Part shown: piece by piece, positions 48,915 to 60,350 of the stretch | How the letters are laid out: every line of letters begins with the position of its first letter | How positions within the stretch are numbered: position 1 is the stretch's first letter | Translations under genes and position numbers: made by a program | IMG/VR virus record: IMGVR_UViG_3300021426_000068 | Location: 1-64,000 of that record | DNA: 64,000 nt | Strand: one strand, 5' to 3' | Source of the DNA: a virus | Taxonomy: Duplodnaviria > Caudoviricetes | The notes under the pieces: model-generated | What the model saw: only the letters and a program-made list of their open reading frames with translations | The model's database searches: none | What the model was told of the DNA's origin: nothing

Positions 48915-49427
48915 ATGTTAGTATTTATTGCTGGTCGTCTTGGTAAAGACGCTTCTATTGAGACAACATCTAGCGGAACTAAAATGGTTAAGTTCAGTGT
49001 TGTAGAAAATGAATATAAAAATGGTGAAGAAACATCTGTTTGGTATGATGTAACTTCTTTTTCTCCATTTATTATGGAAAAGCAAATTAATGCTTTAAAG
49101 AAAGGTAGTTTTATTGTAGCACCTGCTGATTTGAATGTTAGACCTTCTTTTAGTAAGAATGGGCAACTTTATTTGAACTATGATGCTATTGTTAATAGTG
49201 TGAAAATTATTAACATTAATAGTAAAAGAAATAATACTGAAGGTTCAGATTCAACAGAAGAAAATAGTGAAGTATCTGTAACAGGAATTCCAAGGGGAGA
49301 AAAGGAAGAAGTTAAAGAAAAGCCTAAAGTAAAAGAAACTCCAAAGGTAGAAAAATCTGAAGTGACTGAACCAAAGCCTTATGTTGATGACGAAGATGAT
49401 GGTGATGGTGAAGAACTTCCATTCTAA
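48915..49427 (+). CDS. ssb: single-stranded DNA-binding protein
   Basis: GRLGKD, OB fold, acidic tail ending ELPF. Confidence 0.9.
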   Translation: MLVFIAGRLGKDASIETTSSGTKMVKFSVVENEYKNGEETSVWYDVTSFSPFIMEKQINALKKGSFIVAPADLNVRPSFSKNGQLYLNYDAIVNSVKIININSKRNNTEGSDSTEENSEVSVTGIPRGEKEEVKEKPKVKETPKVEKSEVTEPKPYVDDEDDGDGEELPF

Positions 49428-49494
49428 TAATAATAGTTCAATCAAGTTTTTCGAAAAATTAATTTGATTGAACTTTTTTATAAAACAAAAAAAT

Positions 49495-49818
49495 ATGATA
49501 AACATTAGACAAATTGAAAACATAGAGTCATATAACTCTTTTAAAGAAAATGAAAAAGTTGTTTTAATTTTTCATGCTGATTGGTGTGGTCCATGTAGAG
49601 TTTTAGACGGAATAGTTTCAAAACTTGACATAACCAAAGTAAATGATTTTATATTTGGTGAAATAAATGTTGATGATGATTTTGCTGAAGAAATAACTAA
49701 AACATATTCTATTAGAAATATTCCAGTAACTGTTATTTTAAAAAATGGTAAAGAAATTGAAAGAATAGTTGGTATTTTTAAATCTGAAGATATTTATAAA
49801 AAACTTAACAAAATATGA
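49495..49818 (+). CDS. trxA: thioredoxin
   Basis: WCGPC, IRNIP. Confidence 0.9.
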   Translation: MINIRQIENIESYNSFKENEKVVLIFHADWCGPCRVLDGIVSKLDITKVNDFIFGEINVDDDFAEEITKTYSIRNIPVTVILKNGKEIERIVGIFKSEDIYKKLNKI

Positions 49819-50027
49819 TAATTTTTAAATATATAGTTGCAATAATAGCATTATTTTCTACTTTACTTTATATTACAAATATAATTAGTGATATTATTAT
49901 ACCACATTCTATAAAGGCTATTAATTTAAATATGAGTGAAGATGATTTAACAAAAAAATCTTCATTTTTAAAATTTATTTTAATGATTATTATTTCAATA
50001 ACCTGGCCAATTTTATTTATTTTTTAA
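49815..50027 (+). CDS. small membrane protein
   Basis: 2 TM helices. Confidence 0.6.
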   Translation: MIIFKYIVAIIALFSTLLYITNIISDIIIPHSIKAINLNMSEDDLTKKSSFLKFILMIIISITWPILFIF

Positions 50028-50028
50028 T

Positions 50029-50253
50029 ATGGAAAAAATTAAATGGTTTGATGAATATATAAAGGATGTACCAAATAATAAAAAATTATATAAATTTATG
50101 TGTTTTTTTCTTTTTAGGAAAAAAGGTTTAACATACAAAGAAATGTATCTTATTCTTGAATTCTTAAAAAGAAAAAAATTAGGAGAAAAAAGTAAAGAAT
50201 ATGCAATGTTAGAAATTGTTGGAATTTATAAATATAATCAAAATAAACAGTAA
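50029..50253 (+). CDS. hypothetical protein
   Basis: ORF track. Confidence 0.55.
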   Translation: MEKIKWFDEYIKDVPNNKKLYKFMCFFLFRKKGLTYKEMYLILEFLKRKKLGEKSKEYAMLEIVGIYKYNQNKQ

Positions 50254-50258
50254 TTTTC

Positions 50259-51014
50259 ATGGAAGGATATAAAATTCAATATAATTTTTTTGAAACAATT
50301 GTTGCTGGTGATAACCCTAAAGAACTAATGAAACGGTATGATAACACTGTTAAGGTTGAAGATTATATTGTTTGTAAATTTAATGATGCAAAAAAATTAA
50401 AAGAAAAAACAATTATAGCATATAAAGAAATTGTTAACAATAACAACATACCAACAGTAACAAAAGAATATTATCAAGAAGAATTAGAAGAAATAGAAAA
50501 TATGTCTGATGAAGATGCTTTTTTCTATTTAACATATGACTGTGATTATGATGAAGATAATAATGCAATATCAAATAAAAATCCTAAAGGAAAATATTCT
50601 TTTTTTCAACCAGGAAAATTGTTTTCTGTTCCTTTTATAACAAAAGACGGAAATGAAGTGTTTCAAGCACATAAAGGTGAAATTGATTGGGAAAAGATGC
50701 ATTTGCATGGTACTGAAATATATGACATAGCATGGGAAATGGTTGTTAATAAAAGAAAACCAAGAACTGAATATGAAAAACAAATATATGAAAATATGAA
50801 AGAAAGAACCGCTTACTTTAGAAGTTTTGGAAATAAAGAAAATTATGTTATTCATAGTACAGCATTTTGGGCATATGCATTTGTTGATAAAAACAATTGG
50901 TATGAGTTAGAAGATAATATGAATCAATTTATATGGGTTTCTGAATTCTATGATAGGTTTATTAAACCATTAAAAGATGAAACACTTTTAACAATATATG
51001 AATGTAAAAAATAA
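50259..51014 (+). CDS. hypothetical protein
   Basis: ORF track. Confidence 0.75.
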   Translation: MEGYKIQYNFFETIVAGDNPKELMKRYDNTVKVEDYIVCKFNDAKKLKEKTIIAYKEIVNNNNIPTVTKEYYQEELEEIENMSDEDAFFYLTYDCDYDEDNNAISNKNPKGKYSFFQPGKLFSVPFITKDGNEVFQAHKGEIDWEKMHLHGTEIYDIAWEMVVNKRKPRTEYEKQIYENMKERTAYFRSFGNKENYVIHSTAFWAYAFVDKNNWYELEDNMNQFIWVSEFYDRFIKPLKDETLLTIYECKK

Positions 51015-51042
51015 AAAGGAAGTCTTTAAAGACTTCCTTTTT
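51014..51042. terminator. bidirectional intrinsic terminator
   Basis: AAAAGGAAGTCTT-taa-AGACTTCCTTTT between convergent genes. Confidence 0.75.
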
Positions 51043-51052
51043 ATTAATTAAA

Positions 51053-54000
51053 TTAAAAATCAGTACTTGTTGTATTATCATGTTTACCAATTGTATACGG
51101 ATTAGTAAATGATATTGTAATTTTATTTGTTGTACTATTACCAGTAACAGAAATTTCATCTGTTGTACCTTGTAATATATTAATAAGAGAAGTAAATAAA
51201 TCTGAACTAAATTTTTGTTCAATTTTTGTTTCAATTGTGCTATCAAGTGTATTAATAATATTTTGAATATTATTTACATTAGTTTCAAGATTATTTATTC
51301 TATTTTCAAATTCAATTACTTTATTTTCAAGTAATGTTACTTTATTAACAATATTTTTAAATTCTTCATTTGATGCTCTTGCTAATGTTGTAACGTCTCC
51401 ACTTAAAGTTATTATATCTTCACTAACTTCAGCGAGTTTATTATAACTTGCAACACCATTTTCAACATCAACTTTCATTCCAATCTTATAGTCATCAATA
51501 ACTAAATAGTTTGTTGAATCAGCAGAAACTGTATATATATCAACTAAACTTGAAAGTGGAACTGTTATTATCTCTTTTCCTGAAGCGGTATTAAATGTAA
51601 ATATCAAATTAGAACCAACTAATTGTACATTTTCAAGCATACCATCTTTAACAAATTTATTAACATTAATAGAAGATATTGTTTCACCATTATTTCCCTT
51701 AAGAACAATATATTCATTATTGGAAGTATCTGAACTTGTTGCAAGTGATATTGTTGTAACTAATCCAGAATCATCTTGTGAAAGAATTTTATCCGAAGGA
51801 TTTAATGTTAATTTAATTTTTGTCTCATTATCTGTTTTTTCTAGTGAAATTGCTTTATCACCTTTTAATGTTTTTGAATCAATATTATTAATAATATCTT
51901 TAATATTATTAATTTCTGAAACAGTACTTGAACTTAATGTTGTAACATTACCACTAATGGAATTTTCAGCATTAGTTGCTCTTGTTACTTCGTTGGTTAT
52001 TCTGTCTGTAAGATTAGAAATTATAACTTCAGTTGATGATGTATAGCCTGTTATCATTCTTTCAAGTCTTTCATCTGTATCTATACGACTATTTCTTTCC
52101 TCACTTACAGCATTAGTGTATTGTCTTATAACATCAGTTATCGCTGCTTGTCTATTTGAAATTTCATTATTAATTTCAGTTTGAAGAGATGTTTCTTTAT
52201 TAGTTGCTCTTGTTGCTTCATTATTAATCAATGTTGTTAATTCAGATTCTTTACTGGTTGCTCTTGTAGTCTCAGTATCAATTTTTCTATCAAGTAAAGA
52301 ATCACCATTTTGTCTTGCCAATTCTTCAGTTTGAATTTTAGTATTAAGTTCGTTTTCAACTGATATTGCACGTTCTTTTTCAGTTTGAATTTTACTATTA
52401 AGTTCAGATTCTTTACTGGTTGCTCTTGTAGTCTCAGTATCAATTTTAGATTCAACTGTTAATAATTGACTATTAATATTTTGTGTTAAATTATTAACAG
52501 TATCTTTTATTGCATTTTCAACTTCAGTAGCACGTTCTTCTTCATCTATAATTTTATTATTTAAATCATTTAAAGAACGAGAAACAACTCTTTCATTATC
52601 TTCAATTATTTTTTTAATTGTTGTTTCAGCACTTAATGAACGTTCTGTTTCAACATTAACAGCATTGTTTATAGCAGAATTAATTCCACTAATTTTAACA
52701 CCGTTTGAACTAACAGTAAGATATTCTTCTGAATTTGGGTCAATTAAAACATAAACTTTACTTTCTTCAACTTTTAAACCGTCTTTAAATTCAGTTTCTG
52801 AAAGGAAAGAAGAAACATCAAGGTCAACAATATTTGTAGAACCATCTGAAAGAATATATGTAAATCTAATATATTCTTTTTCACCAATTGTGATTAATTC
52901 AACTGATTGAAGTGAACTATCTTTATAAATTTTTACTGTATCACCAAGATAATTTCCATTATTATCAACTAATGCATATTCTTCTTTAACATTTGTTGAA
53001 GAAGGATTTGAAAGTTTTTTAATAGAAAGTTTTGTACTAAGTGTTCCATCATTATTTTTAGCAATTGTTAAACCATCTATATTAACTGATAAATCAGTAC
53101 CAGAATCTGATTTGTTTACCAACACAGTTTTATCTTCTGATTTAACCGTAATTTTTTTAATTATATCTTCTGTTGAAGCACTAAATTGTTCAACAGAATC
53201 ACTTAATTCATTAAGATTATTTTTTATGGTTTCTGTTGAAGCACTTAACAAACTAATATTATTATTAGTTTCATTAATGCTATCAATTATATCTTGTTCT
53301 TTTTTTATTGCTCTATCAATTTCATCACTTAATTGTTCTTTAACAACACTAAATTCATTTATGGTAGCACCACTAAAATTATTTATTTTCTCTTCAAGAT
53401 TAGTAATTTGATTAATAGTGTTTGAACTCAATTGATTAAGTGTTCTATCAAGAATAATATCAGCATCATTAAGTGATACGGCATCATCTATATAATTTGC
53501 TGTATGTGTATGAGGATATGTACCATCATTATTTAAACCAGCACCTGTTTGTGTGTTATCAAGTTCTGTTTGAATGCTGTTATCTTTTTCAACTGAACGA
53601 ATAATTTCATTTGAAATATTTTCTTCAACAGATATAAATCTATTAATACTTGCAGCACTTAATTGATTAAGTGTTCTATCAAGAATAAAATCAGCATCAT
53701 TAAGTGATACAGCATCATCTATATAATTTGCTAAATCATCTGGTGAAGTATTGTGTTTTTTATATGTACCATCTTCATTTAGACCAGCACCTGTTTGTGT
53801 TGTGTTAAGTTCACTTTGAATGTTATTTTCAACAGTTGTTGAACGTGTAGTTTCATTCTCTATTTTATCTTCAATCTTTTTGAGTTCTTCATTTGTAGCA
53901 TGTGCTAATGTTGTGACATCACCACTAATTGATTCTTCAGCAGCAAGTGCACGGTCTTTTTCTTCATTAAAATTGTTTTCAACACGTTTAAGTTCTCTAT

Positions 54001-55378
54001 CAAGGATAACATCAGCATTATCAAGTGAAGTTGCTTCATGAATATAATTTGTTTCACCTTGTGTGTTATGTCTATTATATGTACCATCTTCATTTAGACC
54101 AGCACCTGTTTGTGTTGTGTTAAGTTCACTTTGAATTGTATTGGCTGACAGTTCAGTATTTTCCCTAAGATTATTAATTGAGTTTTCTAAAGTGGTTTCA
54201 GCAGTTATTGCACGTTCTTTTTCTGCATTAACAACATTAACAATTGTGTTTTGTATACCACTAAGTTTAACACCATCTGGACCAACTGTCATAAATTTTT
54301 CCGAAGAAGAATCAATATTCACATATACTTTATGATTATCAACTCTTAAACCATCTAAAAATTCACTTTCTTCAAGAAAAGTTTCAACATTTATACAAAC
54401 TAATTGATAAAATCCATCTGCTTTATAATAAATTAAACATAATGCAGTATCACCAGTACCAGGTGTTACAATTGGTTTAGTATAATCATTAAGTCTATCA
54501 TCAACATGACCAAGATATACATCATAGAGAGAACTATCTTTATAAATTAAAATACGTTCACTATTAGGTTGAACTTGTCCGTCTTTATTTACTAAATCAT
54601 ATGCTTCTCTAACATTTTTGTCTAAACCTGTTGTTACTTTAACAAGGTGTAAACCATTTAATGCTTCTGTTTGTTTTTCAGAAAAATCTATGAAGTTTAA
54701 ATCAAGTTGTTTTATTGCATCAAGTAAACTATAATTATCATGTATTGGGTGTGGTTTTTTTGCTTTACCATGATAATCCTCATATTCACCAATTGGAATA
54801 CTATTACCACTTATATTAATATAAGCAATATTATCTCTTACATTACCAGATGTTTCATTAACAACAATATTTTTAACAGATTCTTCTTTTAATTGTTTAA
54901 CATCATCATCAACACGTTTAAGTTCTTCGTCAAGTTTAACATCAGCTTCATTAAGAGAATTTACATTATCAATGTAATTTGCTTCAATATTTTTTTCATA
55001 AGTACCATCTTCATTCAAACCAGCACCTGTTTGTGTCGTGTTAAGTTCACTTTGAATTTCTTCTAATTTTTCAAAAATCTCTTTTGAATTACCAGATAAT
55101 TCAGTTATATCTTCTTTAAGTTTTGCTGAATCAATAATGTGATAATCTTCTAAAACATTTTCAAATTGTTCACCTTTTGTTCCTATAGCAAACATTACTT
55201 GTGTTTTTCCACTATCATCAATGTACGATACAACAACAGGTTCACCAATAAGAGATTTATCAAATCTCTTATCAGTTCCAATCATATTATCTGTAAGTCT
55301 TTTTATATAATTTAATGCATCTTGTCTTGTTATATTTTTTGATGCACCATCAAAATGTACAAATTGTAATCTATTCAT
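51053..55378 (-). CDS. large repetitive coiled-coil fibre protein (tail/whisker-like)
   Basis: Four QSELNTTQTGAGLNEDGTY-type repeats, E..RA...E heptads, repeated F.DGL.V..VYV.ID domain. Confidence 0.75.
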   Translation of the reverse strand: MNRLQFVHFDGASKNITRQDALNYIKRLTDNMIGTDKRFDKSLIGEPVVVSYIDDSGKTQVMFAIGTKGEQFENVLEDYHIIDSAKLKEDITELSGNSKEIFEKLEEIQSELNTTQTGAGLNEDGTYEKNIEANYIDNVNSLNEADVKLDEELKRVDDDVKQLKEESVKNIVVNETSGNVRDNIAYINISGNSIPIGEYEDYHGKAKKPHPIHDNYSLLDAIKQLDLNFIDFSEKQTEALNGLHLVKVTTGLDKNVREAYDLVNKDGQVQPNSERILIYKDSSLYDVYLGHVDDRLNDYTKPIVTPGTGDTALCLIYYKADGFYQLVCINVETFLEESEFLDGLRVDNHKVYVNIDSSSEKFMTVGPDGVKLSGIQNTIVNVVNAEKERAITAETTLENSINNLRENTELSANTIQSELNTTQTGAGLNEDGTYNRHNTQGETNYIHEATSLDNADVILDRELKRVENNFNEEKDRALAAEESISGDVTTLAHATNEELKKIEDKIENETTRSTTVENNIQSELNTTQTGAGLNEDGTYKKHNTSPDDLANYIDDAVSLNDADFILDRTLNQLSAASINRFISVEENISNEIIRSVEKDNSIQTELDNTQTGAGLNNDGTYPHTHTANYIDDAVSLNDADIILDRTLNQLSSNTINQITNLEEKINNFSGATINEFSVVKEQLSDEIDRAIKKEQDIIDSINETNNNISLLSASTETIKNNLNELSDSVEQFSASTEDIIKKITVKSEDKTVLVNKSDSGTDLSVNIDGLTIAKNNDGTLSTKLSIKKLSNPSSTNVKEEYALVDNNGNYLGDTVKIYKDSSLQSVELITIGEKEYIRFTYILSDGSTNIVDLDVSSFLSETEFKDGLKVEESKVYVLIDPNSEEYLTVSSNGVKISGINSAINNAVNVETERSLSAETTIKKIIEDNERVVSRSLNDLNNKIIDEEERATEVENAIKDTVNNLTQNINSQLLTVESKIDTETTRATSKESELNSKIQTEKERAISVENELNTKIQTEELARQNGDSLLDRKIDTETTRATSKESELTTLINNEATRATNKETSLQTEINNEISNRQAAITDVIRQYTNAVSEERNSRIDTDERLERMITGYTSSTEVIISNLTDRITNEVTRATNAENSISGNVTTLSSSTVSEINNIKDIINNIDSKTLKGDKAISLEKTDNETKIKLTLNPSDKILSQDDSGLVTTISLATSSDTSNNEYIVLKGNNGETISSINVNKFVKDGMLENVQLVGSNLIFTFNTASGKEIITVPLSSLVDIYTVSADSTNYLVIDDYKIGMKVDVENGVASYNKLAEVSEDIITLSGDVTTLARASNEEFKNIVNKVTLLENKVIEFENRINNLETNVNNIQNIINTLDSTIETKIEQKFSSDLFTSLINILQGTTDEISVTGNSTTNKITISFTNPYTIGKHDNTTSTDF

Positions 55379-55438
55379 TAATTTAAATTTTTTGGATATT
55401 TTATTATTATTTAAATAATAATTTATTTGAAATTATGA

Positions 55439-58123
55439 TTATTCATAATTAGGTAATAACCCAAAGTTTGTATCAATATTTATTTTAATTTCTTCATCGT
55501 TTTCTCTCATAAGAATAAGACCATCTTGTACTGTTAAAACATAATCTTTATCTTTTATATCTTTTCCATCAAGTCTTTCAATTTCTGATTGTGTTGAAGC
55601 ACTTAATTCACTTATATGTTCATTTGTTTCATCAATTTTTATTTTTAATCTTTCATCTTCAATCTTTCTTTCTTCTTCTTCTATTTTAAGTGATTTATCA
55701 AGTGTTTTAATTGCATCAATAATTGTCTTATCTTCTGAAATATAATTATTGCTTGAAACATTTTTATAAAAAGTATGTGTACTTGTTTGAGTATTAAAAA
55801 CTTCTATATATGTTTCACCTGTCCAACCACTAGCACTTGGAATATCTGGATAATCTTCAGGAATTCTTATGATTGTATGTGGATTTGATTCTGCTTCTTC
55901 TTTAGATACAGGTTTCCAAATGGCATCATAAAAATCAATATTATAACCTTCTTCAGAATTTCCATCTGCACCAATAATATCTTTTGCTATATTATCGTCT
56001 ATTTTATTAGAACGTTCAATTTCTGATTGTGTTAATGCACTTAATTCTTTAACATCTTCTTTAAGTTGTTCAATATCAGAAGTTAATCCTGAAACTAAAA
56101 TACCATCTGGTCCAACTGAAATACAATTATCAGAATTAGGGTCAATTTTTACATAAACATTATGATTTATAACTTCTAAACCATCTTTAAATTCTTTTTC
56201 TTGTATGAAATCTTCTAATGGTAATTTCACTAATTTAAATTTACCTGTATTTGTTTGATAAATAATAAAAATAAATTCACTTTTGCCAGAAGTTGAAGGT
56301 TCTATAATCCATTCACCATCTTCTTCATTAATGGATACATTTCCTTCATCATCATAACCATATGTTATTTCTTTTATTGATTTATCTTTTGGTATGTTAA
56401 TTGTAGCACCTCTTGTTTCACCATTGACAAATAATTCGTAAGAAGATAAAATTGTTTCACTTGTTGGTTCTACTTCTTTTACTTCTATAGATTCAATTGC
56501 TTCAGCTAACATTGTTTCAGCTGATAATGCTCTTTCTGTTTCAGCATCAATCTTATCATTAAGTTCTTCAGTTGCACCACTTATTTCATCAATTTTTTCA
56601 TTCATTTTATCAAGTTCTTCCTGTACTTCTTTTTTAAGTGCTTCGGAAGTGTCAATTAATTCAAATGTTCCATCTTCTTTTTCATAAACTCTCCACTCAT
56701 GATAAGTATCACCTGATGTCGAAGAGTCTCCATCATAATCAAGTATAACAACAGAATCACCAGGTCTCATTTGTTTTTTGAGCCATACTTTTCCATCCCA
56801 TTCATTAATAAAGAATACTTCTTTAATTTCTCTATCTTCTCCAGATAAACTTCTCCATTCAGAAGATGTCACACCACTGAATTCTTCATTAAGAAGACCA
56901 ATATTAACAGAAGTCCATATTTTAGAATAACCAACTTCTGGGTTTGAAATTAAAACAGTTGGCACAACATCACCAAGAATATTATCATATTCATTAAATT
57001 CAGTACATCCATATTCATAATCTTTTACAAGACGAAGTGAAAGTCTTGAAGTTGGTTTTGATGATTCCTGAAGAACTTGTCTTGAATCATATGAGAACGT
57101 TCTTGTAAAAATATTTGGATTAGAATTGTTAGCTACTTCATCAGGTGTATAAGACCAGAAAGAAGCAAGTTTATATAAACCTTCAATATCATCATCCCAA
57201 TCTTCAGCAATTACACCTCTACTACCTTCACCATATCCAATTGGTATAATATGAAATGTGTTTGGACTACCTGTTGTTGGAAGATTATCTTCTGATAAAA
57301 CAATTTCAGTTTCACCAGATATAGTTTCTTCTTTAATAGGTTTCCATGAACTAACACTTTTAGCCCTTCCTCCTGCAAATTTACCAGTCCAAACATTTAC
57401 ATCTGTTGTATCATGTGTTCTATCTTCTTCACAATATTCAGCAGCATTAAGTAAATCTGCCCAATCTTTTCTTGATGGTACTCTCCAAAGTGAACCAGAA
57501 TCTTCAAGTTCTTTTTGAATTTTTTTAATTGCTTCATATGTGTATAAAACACCAAATGCTTGATAATTTTCTTTTGTAACAATTCTAAAACCTTTACCAT
57601 GTTCAGAACCTTCAGGCATAGGTGTTTTTCCATCTGTTCTATCTAAAAAATATTTAGCTGGTGAATAAGTTCCTGTTTTTTCAATATCATTAATTCTTAA
57701 TGGATTTGATACTCTTCCATCACCTTTAATTGTATAATCAGTTGCAACTTTTATTTCTTCACCTGCGACAAAAAAACCGTCTAATTCTTCTTTTGTACCA
57801 TCAGGATAAGTTACAATTAAAACCCCTCTATCTTTATCAAATTCAAATGTCATTTTTTTGAAAAGGATTTCAGGTAAATCAGGTAATGTTGCAACAATAG
57901 TATCACCATCAACTCTTGTTAATACTAATTCATTGTTGTCATTAAATTCAGCCGATTCAATATCATAACTTCTAAGGAAGAAAAAATTCTCATCCATCTC
58001 ACTACCTAAAAGAGAACAATTCTTTGTGTAATCACCTGGATATTTACTCACTAATTTAAAGTATTTTACACCATTGATTTCTTTTACAATAGCACCTTTA
58101 TTAGTTTTTATTTCGCTAGACAT
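55439..58123 (-). CDS. virion protein with FISUMP-like domain and fibre repeats
   Basis: GVLYTY...WRVPSRKDWADL...FWS...LSLRLVKD; shares the FKDGLEV..VYVKID domain with the downstream gene. Confidence 0.7.
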   Translation of the reverse strand: MSSEIKTNKGAIVKEINGVKYFKLVSKYPGDYTKNCSLLGSEMDENFFFLRSYDIESAEFNDNNELVLTRVDGDTIVATLPDLPEILFKKMTFEFDKDRGVLIVTYPDGTKEELDGFFVAGEEIKVATDYTIKGDGRVSNPLRINDIEKTGTYSPAKYFLDRTDGKTPMPEGSEHGKGFRIVTKENYQAFGVLYTYEAIKKIQKELEDSGSLWRVPSRKDWADLLNAAEYCEEDRTHDTTDVNVWTGKFAGGRAKSVSSWKPIKEETISGETEIVLSEDNLPTTGSPNTFHIIPIGYGEGSRGVIAEDWDDDIEGLYKLASFWSYTPDEVANNSNPNIFTRTFSYDSRQVLQESSKPTSRLSLRLVKDYEYGCTEFNEYDNILGDVVPTVLISNPEVGYSKIWTSVNIGLLNEEFSGVTSSEWRSLSGEDREIKEVFFINEWDGKVWLKKQMRPGDSVVILDYDGDSSTSGDTYHEWRVYEKEDGTFELIDTSEALKKEVQEELDKMNEKIDEISGATEELNDKIDAETERALSAETMLAEAIESIEVKEVEPTSETILSSYELFVNGETRGATINIPKDKSIKEITYGYDDEGNVSINEEDGEWIIEPSTSGKSEFIFIIYQTNTGKFKLVKLPLEDFIQEKEFKDGLEVINHNVYVKIDPNSDNCISVGPDGILVSGLTSDIEQLKEDVKELSALTQSEIERSNKIDDNIAKDIIGADGNSEEGYNIDFYDAIWKPVSKEEAESNPHTIIRIPEDYPDIPSASGWTGETYIEVFNTQTSTHTFYKNVSSNNYISEDKTIIDAIKTLDKSLKIEEEERKIEDERLKIKIDETNEHISELSASTQSEIERLDGKDIKDKDYVLTVQDGLILMRENDEEIKINIDTNFGLLPNYE

Positions 58124-58200
58124 ATTATATTGTTAAAAATTATATTTATTATTTTTAGATAAATAGTTTTTAAAGAGTAAAAGATGAATTCTATTATTTT

Positions 58201-60312
58201 TTATTTTTCAAATAAACAATTTCTTGTTGTTATATTATCAATATAACCATTATAAATTTTAAAATTAGAAATATCTCCAATAAAACTTCCACAAAAGTTT
58301 TTTTCCATTGGAAACATATATTCTAAAAATTGATAATAATCTGGTAAAATTGATTCAAGTAAACCTTGTGTACCACCACCTAATGATATATTAAATGGAA
58401 CGGCTTCTTGTTTTAAATATGTGTCATTAAGTTCTCTAAAATTAAATTCTGTTAATTCTTCACTTATAAATACAAGATTTCCATTCACAAAAAAGAATAA
58501 CTTCATTTTACGTTTACCTTTATTTATATCAGGACATATTGTACCATCTTTTCTATAATTAATTGTTGGATTTAATATTGTTATTTTTACAACAACATCA
58601 TTCCATTCATTATATTTAATTATTCCATCCTTAGAATATTCTTCTTTAACTGTAAAATAAGGCTTATTCTCTTCATCACATTCAACAACACCATATTTAT
58701 AACCAATAGCACCGTTTTCTGTTATTTTTAAACAAAAAGCATTGTTTTTAATGTCTTTATATATATTGTATGGTATTGAATTTTCTTCTTGATAAAGATA
58801 TATGTTATTTACAGTATAACCTGTTTTAGTCCTGTTCATGAGAGGAAAATAATTTATGTTCCCCCAATCATTTCTACCAGTAAGAATAACCTTCGTGTCT
58901 TCTATCCAATCTTTTACTGTTAATCCAAGTGGTGTTCTATCAAACATTAAAAACTTGTTATCTGTTTCAATTTCATAATAACCTTTTTTTGTTATTAAAT
59001 TTCCAATACTATCTTTAATCTTTTCCTTCTCTATTTTAATATCTTGCTTAAAATAATCTTCTGAAGCGTATTTTTTCCCACCACCACATTCTAAATCTTT
59101 AAAATAATCATCAGCATAATACTCATCACAAGAACAATCAGGAACTTTTTCTTCTTTTTTATCACATCCACCTTTTCCCTTACAACAATTTACGGAAGAT
59201 TCATCATACTTGTATGTGTATAAATCAGATACATGCCATTTATAATCAGGTATTGATGTTATGTTACATTCACAAGTGTCACGTGGAAAAACTTTTCTTG
59301 GTTTTTCTTCTTTCTCTTCTTCACCTTTACAATTACACCCATCAGCATCACCATTGAAAATTACTTCTATGCCCCTTTCACATGGCTCAGTGTCTTCCTT
59401 ATTAAGATAATCATCAGCAAAATAATTTTCACACGGGTCAATTTCAGGTTCTTTACAATTACATGGTTTTGTACATCCACTATCAAAATAATCATCACCA
59501 AAATAATTTTCGCAAGGATTTACTTCTTCTTCAATGTCAGAAGTATAATCTTGTGGCTCAACTATATGATTTTGTATACTTGCACTTGGGTCTAAATATC
59601 CATCATTTTCCATACTTTCTATTTTCATGGTGTCTGTTATAGCAGAATCCGTTTTATACATATTTATAAATTTATTCTCTGCTCTTGTTCCCATAAAAAA
59701 GAAAATACCGTTATTCTCTGGATGTATTTCATTAATAGTACCCCTTTCAACATCATAATCACTTCTTGGTCTTATTCTAAATTGTAAATTCCATTCTAAA
59801 TCTGGACCATTTGGTAATACTTGATAATTAAAACCAAACAATTTATAAAAACCTTGATAAAAACCGCCTTTAAAACTTATATATTTTTTATTTTCTTCTG
59901 TTTCTAAAAACATTGGATAAATAAAATTTTGTGTGTTTCCTGTTATTGGTGTCATGAAAAAACGTGTATCACCTGATTCTATATCATATGTACTACCTGT
60001 TAAAATTTTTAAAAAGTCACTATTTGTTATTCTATCTTTTTGATATTGAATAATTCCATTGTCTATTCCAGTAAACCCTATATCTTTTAATAAAACACCA
60101 TCATTAATTGCTTCATCCCATGTAATATCTGAATATAAAATACCATCATTAATATTAAGTTCTGAAAAATCTGCTATAAGATTTTCATTTAAATTACAAT
60201 TTGAACCAATAACTTCTCCACGATAGAGCATAAAATCAAAATACTCATCGTTATAAAGTCTTGCATCTATACTTCTTGTACTATTATTTTTAATATTTTG
60301 ATATGTAAGCAT
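58201..60312 (-). CDS. large hypothetical (LamG-like halves with Cys/acidic insert)
   Basis: SFKGGFYQG; C-terminal FFVNG...ISLGGG...FIGDISNFKIY; CENYF.DDY repeats. Confidence 0.65.
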   Translation of the reverse strand: MLTYQNIKNNSTRSIDARLYNDEYFDFMLYRGEVIGSNCNLNENLIADFSELNINDGILYSDITWDEAINDGVLLKDIGFTGIDNGIIQYQKDRITNSDFLKILTGSTYDIESGDTRFFMTPITGNTQNFIYPMFLETEENKKYISFKGGFYQGFYKLFGFNYQVLPNGPDLEWNLQFRIRPRSDYDVERGTINEIHPENNGIFFFMGTRAENKFINMYKTDSAITDTMKIESMENDGYLDPSASIQNHIVEPQDYTSDIEEEVNPCENYFGDDYFDSGCTKPCNCKEPEIDPCENYFADDYLNKEDTEPCERGIEVIFNGDADGCNCKGEEEKEEKPRKVFPRDTCECNITSIPDYKWHVSDLYTYKYDESSVNCCKGKGGCDKKEEKVPDCSCDEYYADDYFKDLECGGGKKYASEDYFKQDIKIEKEKIKDSIGNLITKKGYYEIETDNKFLMFDRTPLGLTVKDWIEDTKVILTGRNDWGNINYFPLMNRTKTGYTVNNIYLYQEENSIPYNIYKDIKNNAFCLKITENGAIGYKYGVVECDEENKPYFTVKEEYSKDGIIKYNEWNDVVVKITILNPTINYRKDGTICPDINKGKRKMKLFFFVNGNLVFISEELTEFNFRELNDTYLKQEAVPFNISLGGGTQGLLESILPDYYQFLEYMFPMEKNFCGSFIGDISNFKIYNGYIDNITTRNCLFEK

Positions 60313-60350
60313 AAATAATATTAACTTTTTAATTATAATTCTTTATTTAA

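Noticed and set aside
41020-60312. TAG-to-Gln recoding (code 15)
   Set aside because: Long structural genes have no in-frame TAG and coding density is full under code 11; TAG acts as a plausible stop
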